NCBI GenBank assembly: GCA_032718475.1
Contig: JAUCBJ010007243.1
Coordinates: 62,001 to 126,000, forward strand
DNA length: 64,000 nucleotides
Reading direction: 5' to 3'
From: Nemertoderma westbladi
Lineage: Eukaryota; Animalia; Xenacoelomorpha
Shown piece after piece: positions 1 to 13,218 of this stretch; position 1 is the first letter of the stretch, and every line of letters begins with the position of its first letter. A model generated the notes under the pieces. It had not been told where the DNA came from and searched no databases. It saw nothing but the letters and a program-made list of their open reading frames with translations. The position numbers and the translations under genes are program-made.

Positions 1-30
1 AAAATTATTCCATAAATAAAGGCAGTTCTG

Positions 31-1005
31 CTACTACTACTACTACTAGTATCGGCATGCTGCATTGCAGCTGCATTTTTAAGAATGCTGTGCCGGCTTG
101 TCGACAAAATTGCGCCGCCACAACTCCCTATCACCCATGACATTTGATAGATCATCCGCTCTTCAAGGCCAGTGTCCTTTAAGATGCGTCTCAAGAAAGT
201 CATGGGCTCTCCACCATGCTTATTCACTCCATGAGGCTGCCACAGTACAAGATTATGCACTGGCTGGTCCTCACGGCGTAAGCAATGTCCTGCAAAGCGG
301 AGGCGATTTTGTTCTGGTGTCAAGCTTGGGGGAACCAATGAGACACCTCCAATGTTATATAGTGTCTGGTTGGAGATGTGTGCATTGTACTTGACACAAT
401 GAACCCGGCGTAGCATTCTTGTGAATGTGTCATCCAGAGATTTGGTGTCCTCAGCAGTTAGAGCCCAGCATGGACTCCCATAGAGGAGTACTGGAACTAC
501 TGCTGCTCTAAATAATCGGACCTTAAGTTTCCGATTAATTCTCGGTGACTTCCAAATCCTGGAAAGCCTATTCAAGGCTGCCCATGCCTTTCCCTTACGT
601 ATTCGAAGGTCCTCACCTGACTTCCGGATCCATGATCCCAGGTAACAGAAGTCGTCCACATGCTCAAGCATACCATCCTTTGAGCTTATGCTCATCCGAT
701 CAGAGACTTGCTGAGAACTTTCAAAGTTCTGTCAAAATTTTGGTCTTTCTGGAGTTAATAAAAAGACCAACACTAGAAGCAGCATGTTCTAATGACCTGA
801 GGAGCCGTTGGGCTCCCTCTAGTGGTTCTGAGAGTACTCCTAGGTCATCAGCAAAGTCTAGATCAGTTAGGTACTTGGCAGGATTTCCTCGACTTCTGGA
901 GCCAGTAGGTGGAGTTATTATCACCCCATCATCATTATGATGATCTAAGGACATGCGTAGAACATAGTCAACCACAATTATGAACAAGAATGGTGCAAGT
1001 GTTAA
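31..1005 (-). mobile_element. RTE-clade non-LTR retrotransposon, 3' fragment (decayed RT C-terminal half plus (AGT)n tail)
   Basis: Minus ORF 721-987 gives (APF)LFIIVVDYVLR...LTDLDFADDL...LEHAASSVGLFINSRKTK, typical RT motifs (FADD). (CTA)n at 31-50 is the tail. Near-identical sequence recurs at about 24155-24840 and 36823-37364. Confidence 0.85.
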
Positions 1006-1559
1006 CGGCTGCTTCCAATGAGTATCCTATATTTGTCCCTAAATGGTTTGGTAGAGGGCGTAAGGAACAAACAAATAACGCCAGTACGTTCTGTGGGGCG
1101 AGCCACGCAGTCAGGGCGAGCCTTAGCGCACAATTATAATTAGTAAATAGGGCAAAATGTAATTTCCGCCTGTCTGTCTGTAATGAAAAATTCATTCGTA
1201 AATAACTGTGGAAAAAAAAGTAATAAAAAGTTAGGGACATCCCAAAGTGGGAAGCGTTTGATGTAGTGATTGAAGTTATATGCGCCGATACAGACTTTCA
1301 GCAAAGGACTGATATCTCGAGTGACGCTTTCAAGTAGCTGTTGACCTTATTCCTGGACCAGATGGCCTTCCTACTATATTGACTCATTTTATCGCCAAAG
1401 TAAAGGGTTACCTATGGGCAAACCAGTATCGTATGTACTGTACGTATATGTACAAACTGGAACACAATGCGTGGCAACAATAAGTTTTACCTTTGAGTTG
1501 GTACAGATTATATAGATGACACTGGGTGTATAATAAATATAAATAAAGTAGACTCTATT

Positions 1560-1910
1560 AAACAATCTAAATAAACTCCACACAAACATCGCCTTCACAG
1601 TAGAAACCCAGGATCAAAGGATCACTGCCCTTTTTGGACGTACTAATAGCACTGAACAAAGGGAAAATTCTAACTACTGTAAACCACAAACCAACTCATT
1701 CACATCGGATACTTAAACTTTGCATCAAACCACAACCCCGTATAAAACAAGGTGTATGTTTTCCAACCATGCCCGACACTACACACAGATTGAGTTGGAA
1801 AAAACAATACGGCTCAATGGGTACCCTTCCAGGGTTATTTACAACACAAAAAGACGCGTTAATTCGAGATTTGACAATCCTGTACCACCTCAACCTAAGG
1901 ACAGCTTGGA
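1560..1910 (+). mobile_element. Penelope-like element, decayed RT/thumb fragment
   Basis: Frameshifted translations NIAFTVE..., LPFLDVLI, TTVNHKPTHSHRIL and RLNGYPSRVI match the Penelope RT motifs (F)T.E...LPFLDV..., YRKPTH...YL and NGYP. Confidence 0.65.
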
Positions 1911-3433
1911 CTTAAAAATATATAAAAATACACTCTGGACGACAGATTGGTGCAGCACGACGCAGACATTCGACACGAACAGTGGTGGGTAAGGGCAGCA
2001 GAGACAGACGGTGCACTTTTGAGCCATACGGGCCTTGGGTTCTAATTCTAAAGCACTAAATAAACGTCTATCTGTAGAAGTAGATCATTTGAGTGTAGCA
2101 GCATTGGGGAATAGTCAAAACGTGATCTAGAAGTCGATTGTTTCTAAGTTATTGATAACTTTGAAGCGTTACTTACGAGTGTTTTACCACAGCCTGATAA
2201 GTTGACACAATGACATAAAATAATAGTAGTAATAAATAATAGCGCAGCACAGCTACACCAATTGAATGTTAAATATACTGAACTCTGGGCTCTAATGATT
2301 CCAGACAATTTAATTTTTAATTAATTAAATATTTTTATAATTTTTTTATTTTTAATTAATTTATTCGCACGACAATCTAATAAAGTGTGAAATTACACGC
2401 CGTCAAATAAATAGTTAATAAAAATAAACAATTCAATAATATAATATTTATGAAAAGAGTAATTAATATCTTAGTGTTAGTAATTGTTTCTGTCTTGAAT
2501 ATTTCGCAAATAATAAGAAAAATTAAAAATAAAAATGTTTGCGGTGACCTGCTCAATATAATGTGCTGTAACCGTGGCTACACCCCAAAATCGGTCGAAT
2601 TTGATAAATATCTGAAATGGAACGTCCCACAATTTATCATAAATTACATCTTTATAATAAATATTTTAATATTTACTTCGAATTAAAATAATAGGTAAAT
2701 GTGACGAGGAAGTTAAACCAAAGTATCTGAAGAGTAAACAAAACCAAATTGATACCCGTTAAGGCCAACTTAGTGATCTAAACACGATATTCTTTATACA
2801 ATATGAAGAAATTCAGAGCGATAAGTATTAATTAGAAGATTCTTCCAATTAAAACAGCCATAATGTCTGAATCGAGTTCTTGGTTATATATTATATACAA
2901 ATAATAGGAATATATAAGACAATAGATGTACCGGTACCAACTACACTACGTAGTAATAATAACAGCACAATCTGTACCGAAGTTACATCAATGTAAAGGT
3001 GGGAGATACAATTATTAGCGAGAATCAAGTCGATAATAATTCACAATCATAAAAAATACTCGACAAATTATTATCAACCTACATAATTTATTATACGACT
3101 AAAAACACAAACAATATAAAAATAAATTTAAAGGAAAATGTTACCATCATAGTCATAGGCTACTAAATAAACAGTTAAGTTTGTAAGAGTTGCTAATTAA
3201 TTATTATAAAAGTAATTAACTGAGCTGACGCTGAAAACACAATTACTTAATCACGTTTAATTAGTTTAACAGCAGTTGGTCTGATAGCAGGCCCCATAAT
3301 TAATATAAAGAAGAGGTTAGGTAATGAGGTAAGTAGATTAAACGTATAAATACATTTACGGTCGATAGCTAAATAATTGTTGGTATAAACATATAGTGAA
3401 CCGCGTGCTTAGGGGAAGGGGGCAGGGGGGGCA

Positions 3434-4758
3434 CTAACGTTGGTTCTCCCTTCGTCTAGATCCACGGCCCCCCTGGTGGTACTGAATCTCGCTGAGTTGG
3501 TACGGCGGGGGCGCCTCGCCCACGGGCACAGGGGTTGGGCGGGAACCGGGGTACGGGACACTGGCGAGGGACTGGTCCCGCGGGGGCACTGCCGGCTGGT
3601 AGGCGGGGTCCTGCACCAGGTAGCCCTCGTTGTAGCGATAGTCTGCGGGCTGGTGGGCGGGGGGCGGCGCCCTGGAGCGCCCACTGTGCCGGGAGTCCAG
3701 CGGGAGTGCGACGGCCTCTCGGGGTTGTCTGCGAGCCGCGTGCGTCTGCCGATACGCCTGACTGCCGCGTCGCAACGTCGTCGCAATCTCCCGGGGCAAC
3801 GTGCCCAACTGTTTAGCGGGCCGCGCGCGCGGGTTGCTAGACGGCGTGTGGACGCTGCACACCTTAATAAACAAGGCCATAAAGGCGATAACCCCGATAC
3901 ATATAAGCACCATAGCCCACCAGTAGCTGCCCATCCAGGTAAGGATACCCTGGTAGAGCTGCGGGTTGAACAGCGCGTTGGTGAGTCGACTGAGCGGCCC
4001 GTTGGCGTCGACGGGACGGCAGCGGTAGAACACGTCGCAGTATCCCCGCTGCTCGTCGCAGGCGGACCCCGGGTTCAGGTTGAGTGCGGTCCCATTCCCA
4101 CCCGGCTCCGAGTACGGCTCGCACAACGGCGACTCCTCCGGCGATCTGCAACAAACCTGACACATCCGTTCGTCGAATAACGTTGAGGTCCCGCTGGTCT
4201 CGTCTCGCGCGCACGCGCACTGCTCCTTATCAATCTTGTTGCAGATGGACAGCGAACACTCGCCTTTATCGCAGAGCATCGTGCCGTCCGCGCATTCGGA
4301 CATGTCCGCTTTGGCGGCTGGAACCGGACAGGCTGCGGAGGTCCCGTTACAGACGACCTTCTCGTGGCAGTCCCCGGCCTCCATACACACGGTGTTCTGC
4401 TCGGGATCCCCCGTATGCGGCACGAACACGCAGCCATCATTGGCGCAGCAATGGCCCTGACTCGGGTCGCATTCAACCCCCGCCCTCTGCATTAGACGAC
4501 ATCGCTTGTCCGTGTCGCTGTCGTCCGCGGGATGGCAGCACAGCATCTCGCATTCGTCGTCGCCTTTGAACCCGCAGTCGCACTCCTCGTCGGCCTCCCG
4601 TATTTTGTTGCCACATATCGCTCGCTTCGAGTCCACCAAACATTTGTTCTTCACCGGGTTCTTTAGTATAACGCTAATGTTTCCAATAGAACACGCGGAG
4701 AATTGGTCGTTGTTAGGGAATGTAGAAGTGGTTGCCGAGTCGTACATAATAAATTTTC
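3434..4758 (-). CDS. ADAM10: ADAM10/Kuzbanian coding exon 2: Met-turn, disintegrin, Cys-rich, transmembrane domain, Pro-rich tail
   Basis: Acceptor ttttattttccag| at 4759; splicing gives GKFIMY (Met-turn). Contains FSACS, ICGN...EECDCG, CDPSQGHCC and GYCDVFYRCRPVDANGPLSRL, then TM YWWAMVLICIG... and CSVHTPSSNP, all ADAM10 hallmarks. Stop at 3434-3436. Confidence 0.93.
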
Positions 4759-5888
4759 CTGGAAAATAAAAATAATGGCTGTGGAATGGAAAGAAGCGAT
4801 ACCGGTATATAAATGAGCAGTGATGTTTACAGTTTATAATAAATAGTTTTATAAAATCACATTACCGATAACTATATATTGAATGATACACCCCCCAGAA
4901 AAAAGGATATTCCAGTAAAAAGAGTACCGGTTATGCTTACTTATATAACGGTGGGTACATGGGAATGGCAACATGGTAATTAAAAATAAGTAGTACAAAT
5001 AAAATGTTAAAAGTTTAGTAAGAAGTAAGCAGTGTGACTACCGGTACTGGTACTGGGAGTTTGTGGAGGAAACCATTTGATGTTAGACGAGCTATCACAT
5101 CTAGCGATTCCTCTGTCCAAGAGTACAAGAAGATTCCATGTCTCATGAGAATGGTGAAGGGCATTTACCTAGTGAGATCGTAACCGATACCCAGATCGCA
5201 ATATCTTACACTATATTGAATATATAAATGATTGATTTTATTAGCAGGATTAAACATTTTTATAAATTTCCCTGACTAGTTATAGTCAATTTCCCCTGTT
5301 CTATTTCATATAAAAAGTGTTCCGAGATTATAATGCGAAACTGGGGACCAATAATTAGATAATTAGACTTGTAATAGATTCAATAATATTGTGTCCCTGA
5401 ATGGAGTCAAAAACAGTGAGATGGTGTGAAATATATTATCGACAGCGACTCTCAAAATGCACTAACAACACTATTTGTATTATGTGTAACCATTAATACT
5501 GGTATGCAACCTGTCATCTCGAACTCGATCACATATGTACTCTACAGTACATGCCCAGACTATTCCAGTATTCCCATACTAAACAGTTTTGTAAACTGTT
5601 CAGTCTTTGTAAACTTTTTTGCACTTTGTTTGCATGGTAGATGGTACGTTAATCCAAACTTGATAGCGAATACCAATACGCATTGAAAATAATACAATTA
5701 AAATTCAATTAAAAAATGGCAATAATTTTAAATGCGTAGTAAACAAAATTCAGGATCGCGGCATTACAAATGCTTTCACCATGAAGTTGTTAGGGTTATT
5801 AATAATTTTATTTAAAACCGGTATATATTATATTACATTTTTGAAGTAATAATAACATAATAAATAAAAGATAGACTAGCCGACTAAC

Positions 5889-7173
5889 CTCCTAGAGAGT
5901 CGTCGGGTCTACATTGCAGCGGGTAATCGTGCGGACTCCCAAGGTTGTGTCCCAACTCATGTGCGAAGGTAATCTGGGAGCTGCGCGGGGGGACCGGCTT
6001 TCCGTAGTTCAACGTTGTAACGATCCCCGTGTTCAAGGACTGACCCACCGGGGCCGATATAAACATCGAGTGTTTCTCGCAGACGCCGCCCTTAGCGCCT
6101 TCCATGGCGACCCAAGCGAGGCCGAGGACTCCGTTGTCAAAGTCGCGATGGGTGAACACGAAGGCCAGGCAGTAAGCGTCGTGATTCTCCTCGGATAGGA
6201 GACTCAGCATCTTGGAGATGCCGATTTTATCGCCTCGGTATGGGTTACTCGGGTCGTGTTTGTCGGCAGTCGTGTTGACGACGATGCGTTTAATAGCGAA
6301 ACCGATCCCCTGGATGCCGTTGAAGTTAGTGTCCTCAAAGATATCGTTGACAGCACCGACCATCGTGGTGACCTTGTGAAGGACGCTGTCTTCGTTCCTA
6401 TCGTTCGCCTCAAAGAATAGATGGTCAGTCTGTATGTAAAGGACACATGTGTTCTTTTCAGGAACATTTCGTTTAGCTCGGGACTTTCCATGTTTAATGT
6501 TTTTATCGCTATTGGCTGTCTTAGAATATTTATGGGAAGGCCTTCCGGGTCTCGATGCGCCAGTTGGACCTACCGGTACACCATCTAACTGAATCCTATG
6601 CATCCAGTCCAATGTCTCCTTATCAATACCGCAACCAGCACCCCTACCACGAAAATCTAAAGGAAATTCAATATCCGATTCCTTATAAATAACGGAATGA
6701 AATGAAACGTTTTTTCTAGGAAAATAACGATCCGCCAGTTCGATGTGGTAGCTTTCCGTGGGTGTTGAAATTCTTCCTTCGAATCTTCCGTCTATCACCG
6801 AGCCGAATATTCTGCTACTGTTGGGCATATCATCGAGATATCCAACGTAAGAAAAATCGGAAATCCGTCGGGACTTTTGGCCGCTAACCTGAAGCGTTGC
6901 CCCATCGGCGAATACACCACCGGGGCGGGTTAGGCGGATAGCGAAGGGTTTGTTATGGGCGCGGAATTGAACTGTTATCTCGGGTTGAGACGCGAGATGG
7001 TTAGTAGATCGTCGGGTTAGCATATGCTGCGTGTGGAGGGAGGAGGTGTCGTAGTGTATGCCTTCAAAATTGCGAATATAATGAGAAAGCCGATCACATA
7101 TAACAGGGTTAATTAAAGATGAAATCAACGAAATTAAGCAAACGCATAACATGATTATGTTTTTAAATATCAT
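5889..7173 (-). CDS. ADAM10: ADAM10/Kuzbanian coding exon 1: signal peptide, prodomain, furin site, metalloprotease domain
   Basis: Hydrophobic N-terminus, Cys-switch-like GCG, RAKR furin site followed by EKNTC, DFDNGVLGLAW, zinc motif HELGHNLGSPHD. Ends at a phase-1 donor G|GTTAGT (intron starts at 5888). Confidence 0.93.
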
Positions 7174-8779
7174 GATGATATCCAGTCAGAGTCAGTCGGA
7201 CCAACAAAAGTTAAATTGATCACAACAAATATTTATATAAATAATCTGATTGTGAGGTTTGTTTGTACCGGTATGTGTGATCTGTGTAGGCTCATCCTGC
7301 TATCTGAATAAAGTGTATACCAGTATATAATTATTAGAGGTATTCTTATTAATAAAGGTTAAAACAACAAGAAAGAACAATTGCAGTACGGTTCCGGTAT
7401 TGTCTATTTCAGTACCTACCACCTACAGACCTACCTATTTACTCTTCATCTCAATGTGATTGAAATAAAATTAATGTACCGATTAAAACACAAGGCAGGC
7501 TCGTAGGTCAGGTCAGGTCTAGGCCTATTCCGTTTATATTTATTTGACTAATTAAAACCGCATGGCGCGTTTTGGTAGGCGTAATGACTACGTATTATGA
7601 TATTTTTTTTCAATTTAGGCGATTATATTAATTTTATTGCTCGGTCAGTCGGTAGAGGAGAGACATCGGAGCTCCGTCTCCGTATCGGCACGGCTAGATA
7701 CAGCGATACAGGGGACTCCCCTGATTCTTTCACATTCAGGAATCAGTGCTCTATCCTGCTATCATGAATCCGTACCAGTCAGCCAGTGATAAACTACAGA
7801 ACCCCTCTCCCCCTGCACCCTGTCCCCTGCCAAAATTTTTTTTTTAGAACACTCCTAAAATTTTAACAGGCATTGTTTAACCTATATAGTGACCAACGTG
7901 GAAAAATTACTTTCAATATATTGCTATTCCAGTTTTATTCCAGTTTTGCGCAGCACGGAACAAACTAAAGAGTTTTTATAATGTTTGTAAAAATTTTAAT
8001 TTTAAAATGTGATACATTTTATTGCCAACAGCAGAACAGTAACCTGTAAAACATATTATTGCTGTATTGCCGAAACGAAACCCAAACGGCAAACGGTATC
8101 AATATTAGAATAGGCCTATCGTTTATTGTTTTGGTCAGAAAATTCCATAAGTCCGCCAGTCCGCCTGTGCAACCTGTCAGCCTGTTCCGAACAGGTTTTA
8201 CCGTTGCCAGCTCTGGCTCTACTGGCATCCTCAATAGCAAACTGGCATTTTCAGACGCAATCTAGAGTAATGTTTGAGTCATCATCTATATTCTGTTTCA
8301 CTTTCAATTATCAATAATCACTTTTAGATGCTATTTTAACTGTTCAAAATATCACAATTCCCGATAGGGAGAGGGTTGTAAATAGTGGTAAATGAAAAAT
8401 ATCACATCTCCCGATTGGGAAAGGAAATCAAATAAGCCTCTAATAAGACAAAATCAAATAAACATATCTTCTCAACGATTTAATAGAAGAATTAAGTACT
8501 ATATATCAGTATATATGGCAGTATGGAGGCCAATTAACAGAATTGTCATTCGCAGTGCAGCCTCATATAGTTATGGTTCAAAACACTGCAATGCTTTTCA
8601 CGAGGCATTATGTTAGCAAACGCATACCTGGTATCAGTGTAAATTATAATTAATGTCTGAATGTAACTTTATAATGTAAAATTGGTGATGCTCTCTATAC
8701 AATAGTTCAAACCAGAATAAGGTACAGGTCCAGTAGTTTATTTTGGTCGAAATATTTCTACCAAAACATGCGATTACAA

Positions 8780-9100
8780 ATAGGTACCACCGTGGTGTGA
8801 TGATTGCATTGAATTCACATCTCTTGTACCGGTATTGCGTGGGTCCTGGGTTCGATCCTTGTATGGGCCAGGCAGTTTTCGCTTCGGGACGAATGCTTTG
8901 AACAGTTGAACGGACTAGCCATGGCAGCATGGGACAGGGCGCATCTCTGCATACTTAGTGGTAGAAAATGAGTACTGGAGCTTGTTCTGTGAGGACTGCA
9001 CTGTCAGACTGTGGCCTGGAAATAAGTCCTCAGACAGTCAGACTATGTGCGTAATCCTTGGCCTAACGGTCGCAGAAAATTCACTTTTACTTACTTTTAC
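8780..9100 (+). mobile_element. tRNA-derived SINE (degenerate)
   Basis: B-box-like GGGTTCGATCC near 8848, a body segment AAAATGAGTAC, and a short-repeat tail cacttttacttacttttac at about 9082-9100. Confidence 0.5.
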
Positions 9101-10350
9101 ATCATATATCTTTCACATCATCGCACGATATAGGTCTGTAGGTGCTATTTAAGCTTAAGGGGAGGGGGGATACCCTACCCCCCCTATTGTTTCTTTATTT
9201 CACCTAGAGCAGAATTCAATGAGGATTACAAATCTGAAAACCGCTTAGTGAGACCTCTTTCAGTTCTCGAGTTGTCACTGTTTTTCCGTGTGACGGTCCG
9301 TCCGTCAAATTGTAAGAAAGACAGAATACCGACAGACAGACAGATAGACTAGATTCCACAAAAAATTTAAACTGATATCTGGATATCGGAAATGAAATCA
9401 GCGACCCCGAAAACCCCCATACAGTAGGGAACATACCCTTAAATAAGCTCCAAAACTGGGTTCTTATTTAGGCCTAAGGAAAATGGCTCTTATTTAGGGG
9501 TTTTTGGCCCTTTTTTGGATATTTTTTCGATATAATATGCAATAACTTGTTTCAGGAAAAAATACCGCATAATTTTATTTCACAATGTAAAAGTTTGGTC
9601 TTTCTTGAACATAATGCAAAAAACCAGAAAACATTTCACCATCCGGTTTTTTTTCTACAAGCGTTTTAAAATTGCATCAAAAATACGACCAGTTCCTAAA
9701 TAAGGGGGATTTTTTAAATTTACCTTATTTAAGATATCGAAATTGTACACATAAATACTAAAAGTCCCTAAATAAGAACTTTTTGACCTGGGTTTCTTAT
9801 TTAGGAATACCGGTACAATTGTATTCCAAAATCTGCACACTCCTTAAATAAATTAAATATTCCTTATTCATTACAGCACAGCTGTACAGTACCGGTCAGC
9901 CGGTAGGTGTTACACTTCTTTCATAATTCTTTGATTTATGTCATTCTGTAGGCCTATATTGCTAATTGTTGGGTTAAGAAGGACAATGGTTGCACTGCAC
10001 TCTATAAATCCTCTATAGAATATCGTATCATAATGAAGTTGCTAGCACTGGCATTCTTACCTCATATGGAGGTATAGAATATCCCATTGATATTCAAAAG
10101 AATAGTCCATCGCCCATCTGAGCGCACAGACATTGTCACGTATTTCGATATGAGACATGACATGACTCAAGTAACTGGGTATCACCGCACAGTTTCGAAA
10201 AACTAACTTGTGTCCTGCATTTCCTCTTCTGCTCTGCGTTACGCCCCACTTAGATGGATTATCCACAATGTTGTACTTGAAAGGCGTGAAAAAACCAATG
10301 TCAATGTCATGTCAATAGGCACAGAGATGGTTCGGTCGGGCAGCTGATAG

Positions 10351-10939
10351 CCCGTATGCTAAGTGATTTTTTTGTGCGCCGAACGCGACGCGGCGCAGAA
10401 AAAAATGTGCGCCTGCGCAGTCGAAAACAGAGCAAAATCCGCGTGCGCAGCAGAAAAACTGCGCGAGATTGGCGCGCGCAGCAGAAATTCTGCGCAAGAT
10501 TGGCGCGCACAGCAGAAATACTGCGCGAAATCTCCTACCACGTACCTGCCTGCCTACTGCTGTACTGGCCTAAAGCACACCAAGCAGCCAAGTAGCAAGT
10601 AGGAGGCTTATTATTTCAGTATTTCTTACAGTCTTATCTGTATTGTCATTACCCTGTTACCGGTAGTCGGCAGACTGCCAGGGGTAGCGGGTAGGTACTT
10701 ACAGGTGTAAGTAGGTACTACTTACAGACTTATGACTTACCGGTACTGACTTAGTGCTGTAGTGCTGTAATGCAAGTCTGAGCCGTGCTATCAATTTTCT
10801 GCGCCTGCGCCTATCGCGCCGCGCTCTAAATTTTCTGCACCTGCGCGCTGCGCTCTCAATTTTCTGCGCCTGCTCCAAATTCTGGAAAAAATTGTGCGCC
10901 GAACGCGTTCGGCGTACATGCCCTACTTAGCAGAATGGG
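10351..10939. mobile_element. MITE nested in transposon copy 1, with a 7-bp target duplication
   Basis: Absent from copy 2. Flanked by CTGATAG at 10344-10350 and 10940-10946. Ends CCCGTATGCTAAGT ... ACTTAGCAGAATGGG are imperfect inverted repeats. Internal GC-rich gcgc subrepeats. Confidence 0.8.
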
Positions 10940-11384
10940 CTGATAGACGTTATGAAGGTTAAAGATGATGACTGGATGACGTTTTTGCTCAACTGGCTCA
11001 GGCAGCAGTGGGACACGTTCGTGGGACCTTTGCGTTGCGCAGCATGAAGTGAGCAAAGCCTTAGCTAGCCCTAGCTGATAGGGGCCCCATTAACGTGTTA
11101 TCTTTCGTTAGTCAGAGGTCGTTCAACACAATACTCGTCTACTTAATTTGCCTCATTGCGTTCGTTTGTTTTTTACCAAACTTCAGATTATTTCTAATCT
11201 TTTGACAGAGTACATACATACCAAGTTTCGTTTAATTTCATCAAGGAATGACCGAGCAGCCGAGTTATTAGCGATAAAAAATTTACGACGACGTCGACAA
11301 CAGACAACTCGTTAATGGCACCCATCTGCTAAGGTTTCGCTCACTTGAACATGCCTCTCCCCCACATTCAATCCGGTTCGACGC

Positions 11385-12695
11385 AGTTTGTTGCTCGTTT
11401 TTGCTCATTGCTGCTCGTTGTGCTTTATTATTTCTCGTTGTTGGTCATTGTTGCTCATTGTTGGTTATTGTTGCTCGTTGTTGGTTATTGTTGCTCGTTG
11501 TTGGTCATTGTTGCTCATTGTTTCTCGTTGTTGCTTGTTGGTGCTCATTGTTGCTCATTAGTTGTACTTTATTATTGCTTGTTGTTGCTCATTGTGCTCG
11601 TTGTTGTACTCAGTGCTCGTTGTTGCTCATTGTTGCTTCTTGTTGTACTTTATTATTGCTCGTTCAATCGTTGTTGCTCATTATTGCTCGTTGTTGTTCT
11701 GTATTATTGCTCATTGTTGCTCAGTATTTCTCATTGTTGCTCATTGTTGCTCGATATTACTCGTTGTTGCTCATTGTCGCTCGTTGTTGTACTTTATTAT
11801 TGCTCATTGTTGCTCGTTGTTGCTCAATATTACTCGTTGTTGCTCATTGTCGCACGTTGTTGTACTTTATTATTGCTCATTGTCAGATTGTTGCTCAATA
11901 TAACTCGTTGTTGCTCGTTCTGTCGTTGTTGCTCATTATTGCTCGTTGTTGTACTTTATTATTGCTCATTGTTGCTCAATATTACTCGTTGTTGCTCATT
12001 ATTGCTCGTTGTTGTTCTTTATTATTGCTCATTGTTGCTCAGTGTTTCTCATTGTTGCTCAATCTGTCAATGTTACTCGTTGTTATACTTTATTATTGCT
12101 CATTGTTGCTATACTTTATTATTGCTCATTGTTGCTCAATGTTACTCGTTGTTACTCATTGTCATTGTTGCTCGCTGTTCCTCATGTCCTCATTGTTGCT
12201 CGTTGTTGTACTTTATTATTGCTCATTGTTGCTCGTTGTTTCTCAATGTTACTCGTTGTTGCTCGTTGTTACTCGTTGTTGCTCGTTCAGTCGCTGTTCC
12301 TCATTATTGCTCATTGCAGCATTGTTGCTCATTGTTGTTCGTTATTTCTCGCTGTTGCTCATTGTTGCTCGTTGTTGTACTTTATTATTGCTCATTTTTG
12401 CTCGTTGTGGCTCATGGTCTGATTGTTGCTCAATGTTACTCGTTGTTGCTCATTGTTACTCGTTGTTGCTCATTGTTGCTCAATGTTACTCGTTGTTGCT
12501 CATTGTTACTCGTTGTTGCTCATTGTTGCTCGTTCAGTCGTTGTTCCTCATTATTGCTCGTTGTTGTACTTTAATATTGCTCATTGTTGCTCAATGTTAC
12601 TCGTTGTTACTCGTTGTTGCTCGTTGTTTTGTTACTCATTGTTCAGTTGTTGCTCGTTGTTGCTTATTGTTGGCCATTGTTGCTCGTTGTGCATT
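11385..12695. repeat. Low-complexity (TTGTTGCTC[A/G])-type array inside transposon copy 1
   Basis: Degenerate 9-13-nt units such as ttgttgctca/ttgttgctcg/tactttatta. It produces stop-free C/L/V-rich pseudo-ORFs. Confidence 0.9.
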
Positions 12696-13132
12696 TTTGC
12701 ACCTATCAAATTAAGCTCAGAAGCTCCCTTAGTAGGCCTATCTCTGTATCTTGCAGTCTTGCAATGTCCTGTCCAGGTTAGGCAGTTAGGAGGTCATAAC
12801 TGTCATAAGCAGATAAGGGCAGAAGGAGGATGGGGCTGGGAGACGAGGTTATATGAGATGAGACATTATATAAGGATATTTAATTTAATTTAATTTATTT
12901 AATTTATTTTATTAATTTATTTTTTTTATTTAATTTAATGTATTTAATTAAATTAAATTAATTTATTTTATTTAATTTATTTAATATATGAGAAATGATA
13001 AATATTTAATTTATTTAAGGATAAGGAGTGTGCACATTTTGGAATGAAATTGTATAGGCTACCTAAATAAGAAACCCATGTCAAAAAGTTCTTATTTAAG
13101 GACTTTTAGTATTTATGTGTACAATATCGATG

Positions 13133-13218
13133 TTATCGATGCTAAATTTTAAAAGTATTAATTATTGGGCACTGGACAGTGCCCAATAATTAATACTTTT
13201 AAAATTTAGCATTGATAA
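13133..13218. repeat. Near-perfect palindrome with about 42-bp arms
   Basis: ttatcgatgctaaattttaaaagtattaattattgggcactg-ga-cagtgcccaataattaatacttttaaaatttagcattgataa (one mismatch). Confidence 0.9.

Larger units (their letters stand above)
9422..13132. mobile_element. Non-autonomous long-TIR DNA transposon, copy 1 (right TIR truncated)
   Basis: Starts CAGTAGGGAACATACCCTTAAATAAG and is colinear with 14966-18274 through the internal TTGTTGCTC array. The right TIR breaks off at about 13132. Confidence 0.85.

Noticed and set aside
2185-2215. CTGATAA near the Penelope fragment as a hammerhead
   Set aside because: No downstream GAAA core or stems.
3409-6491. Overlapping and antisense ORFs across ADAM10
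   Set aside because: Shadow ORFs of GC-rich coding exons, with no recognisable domains.
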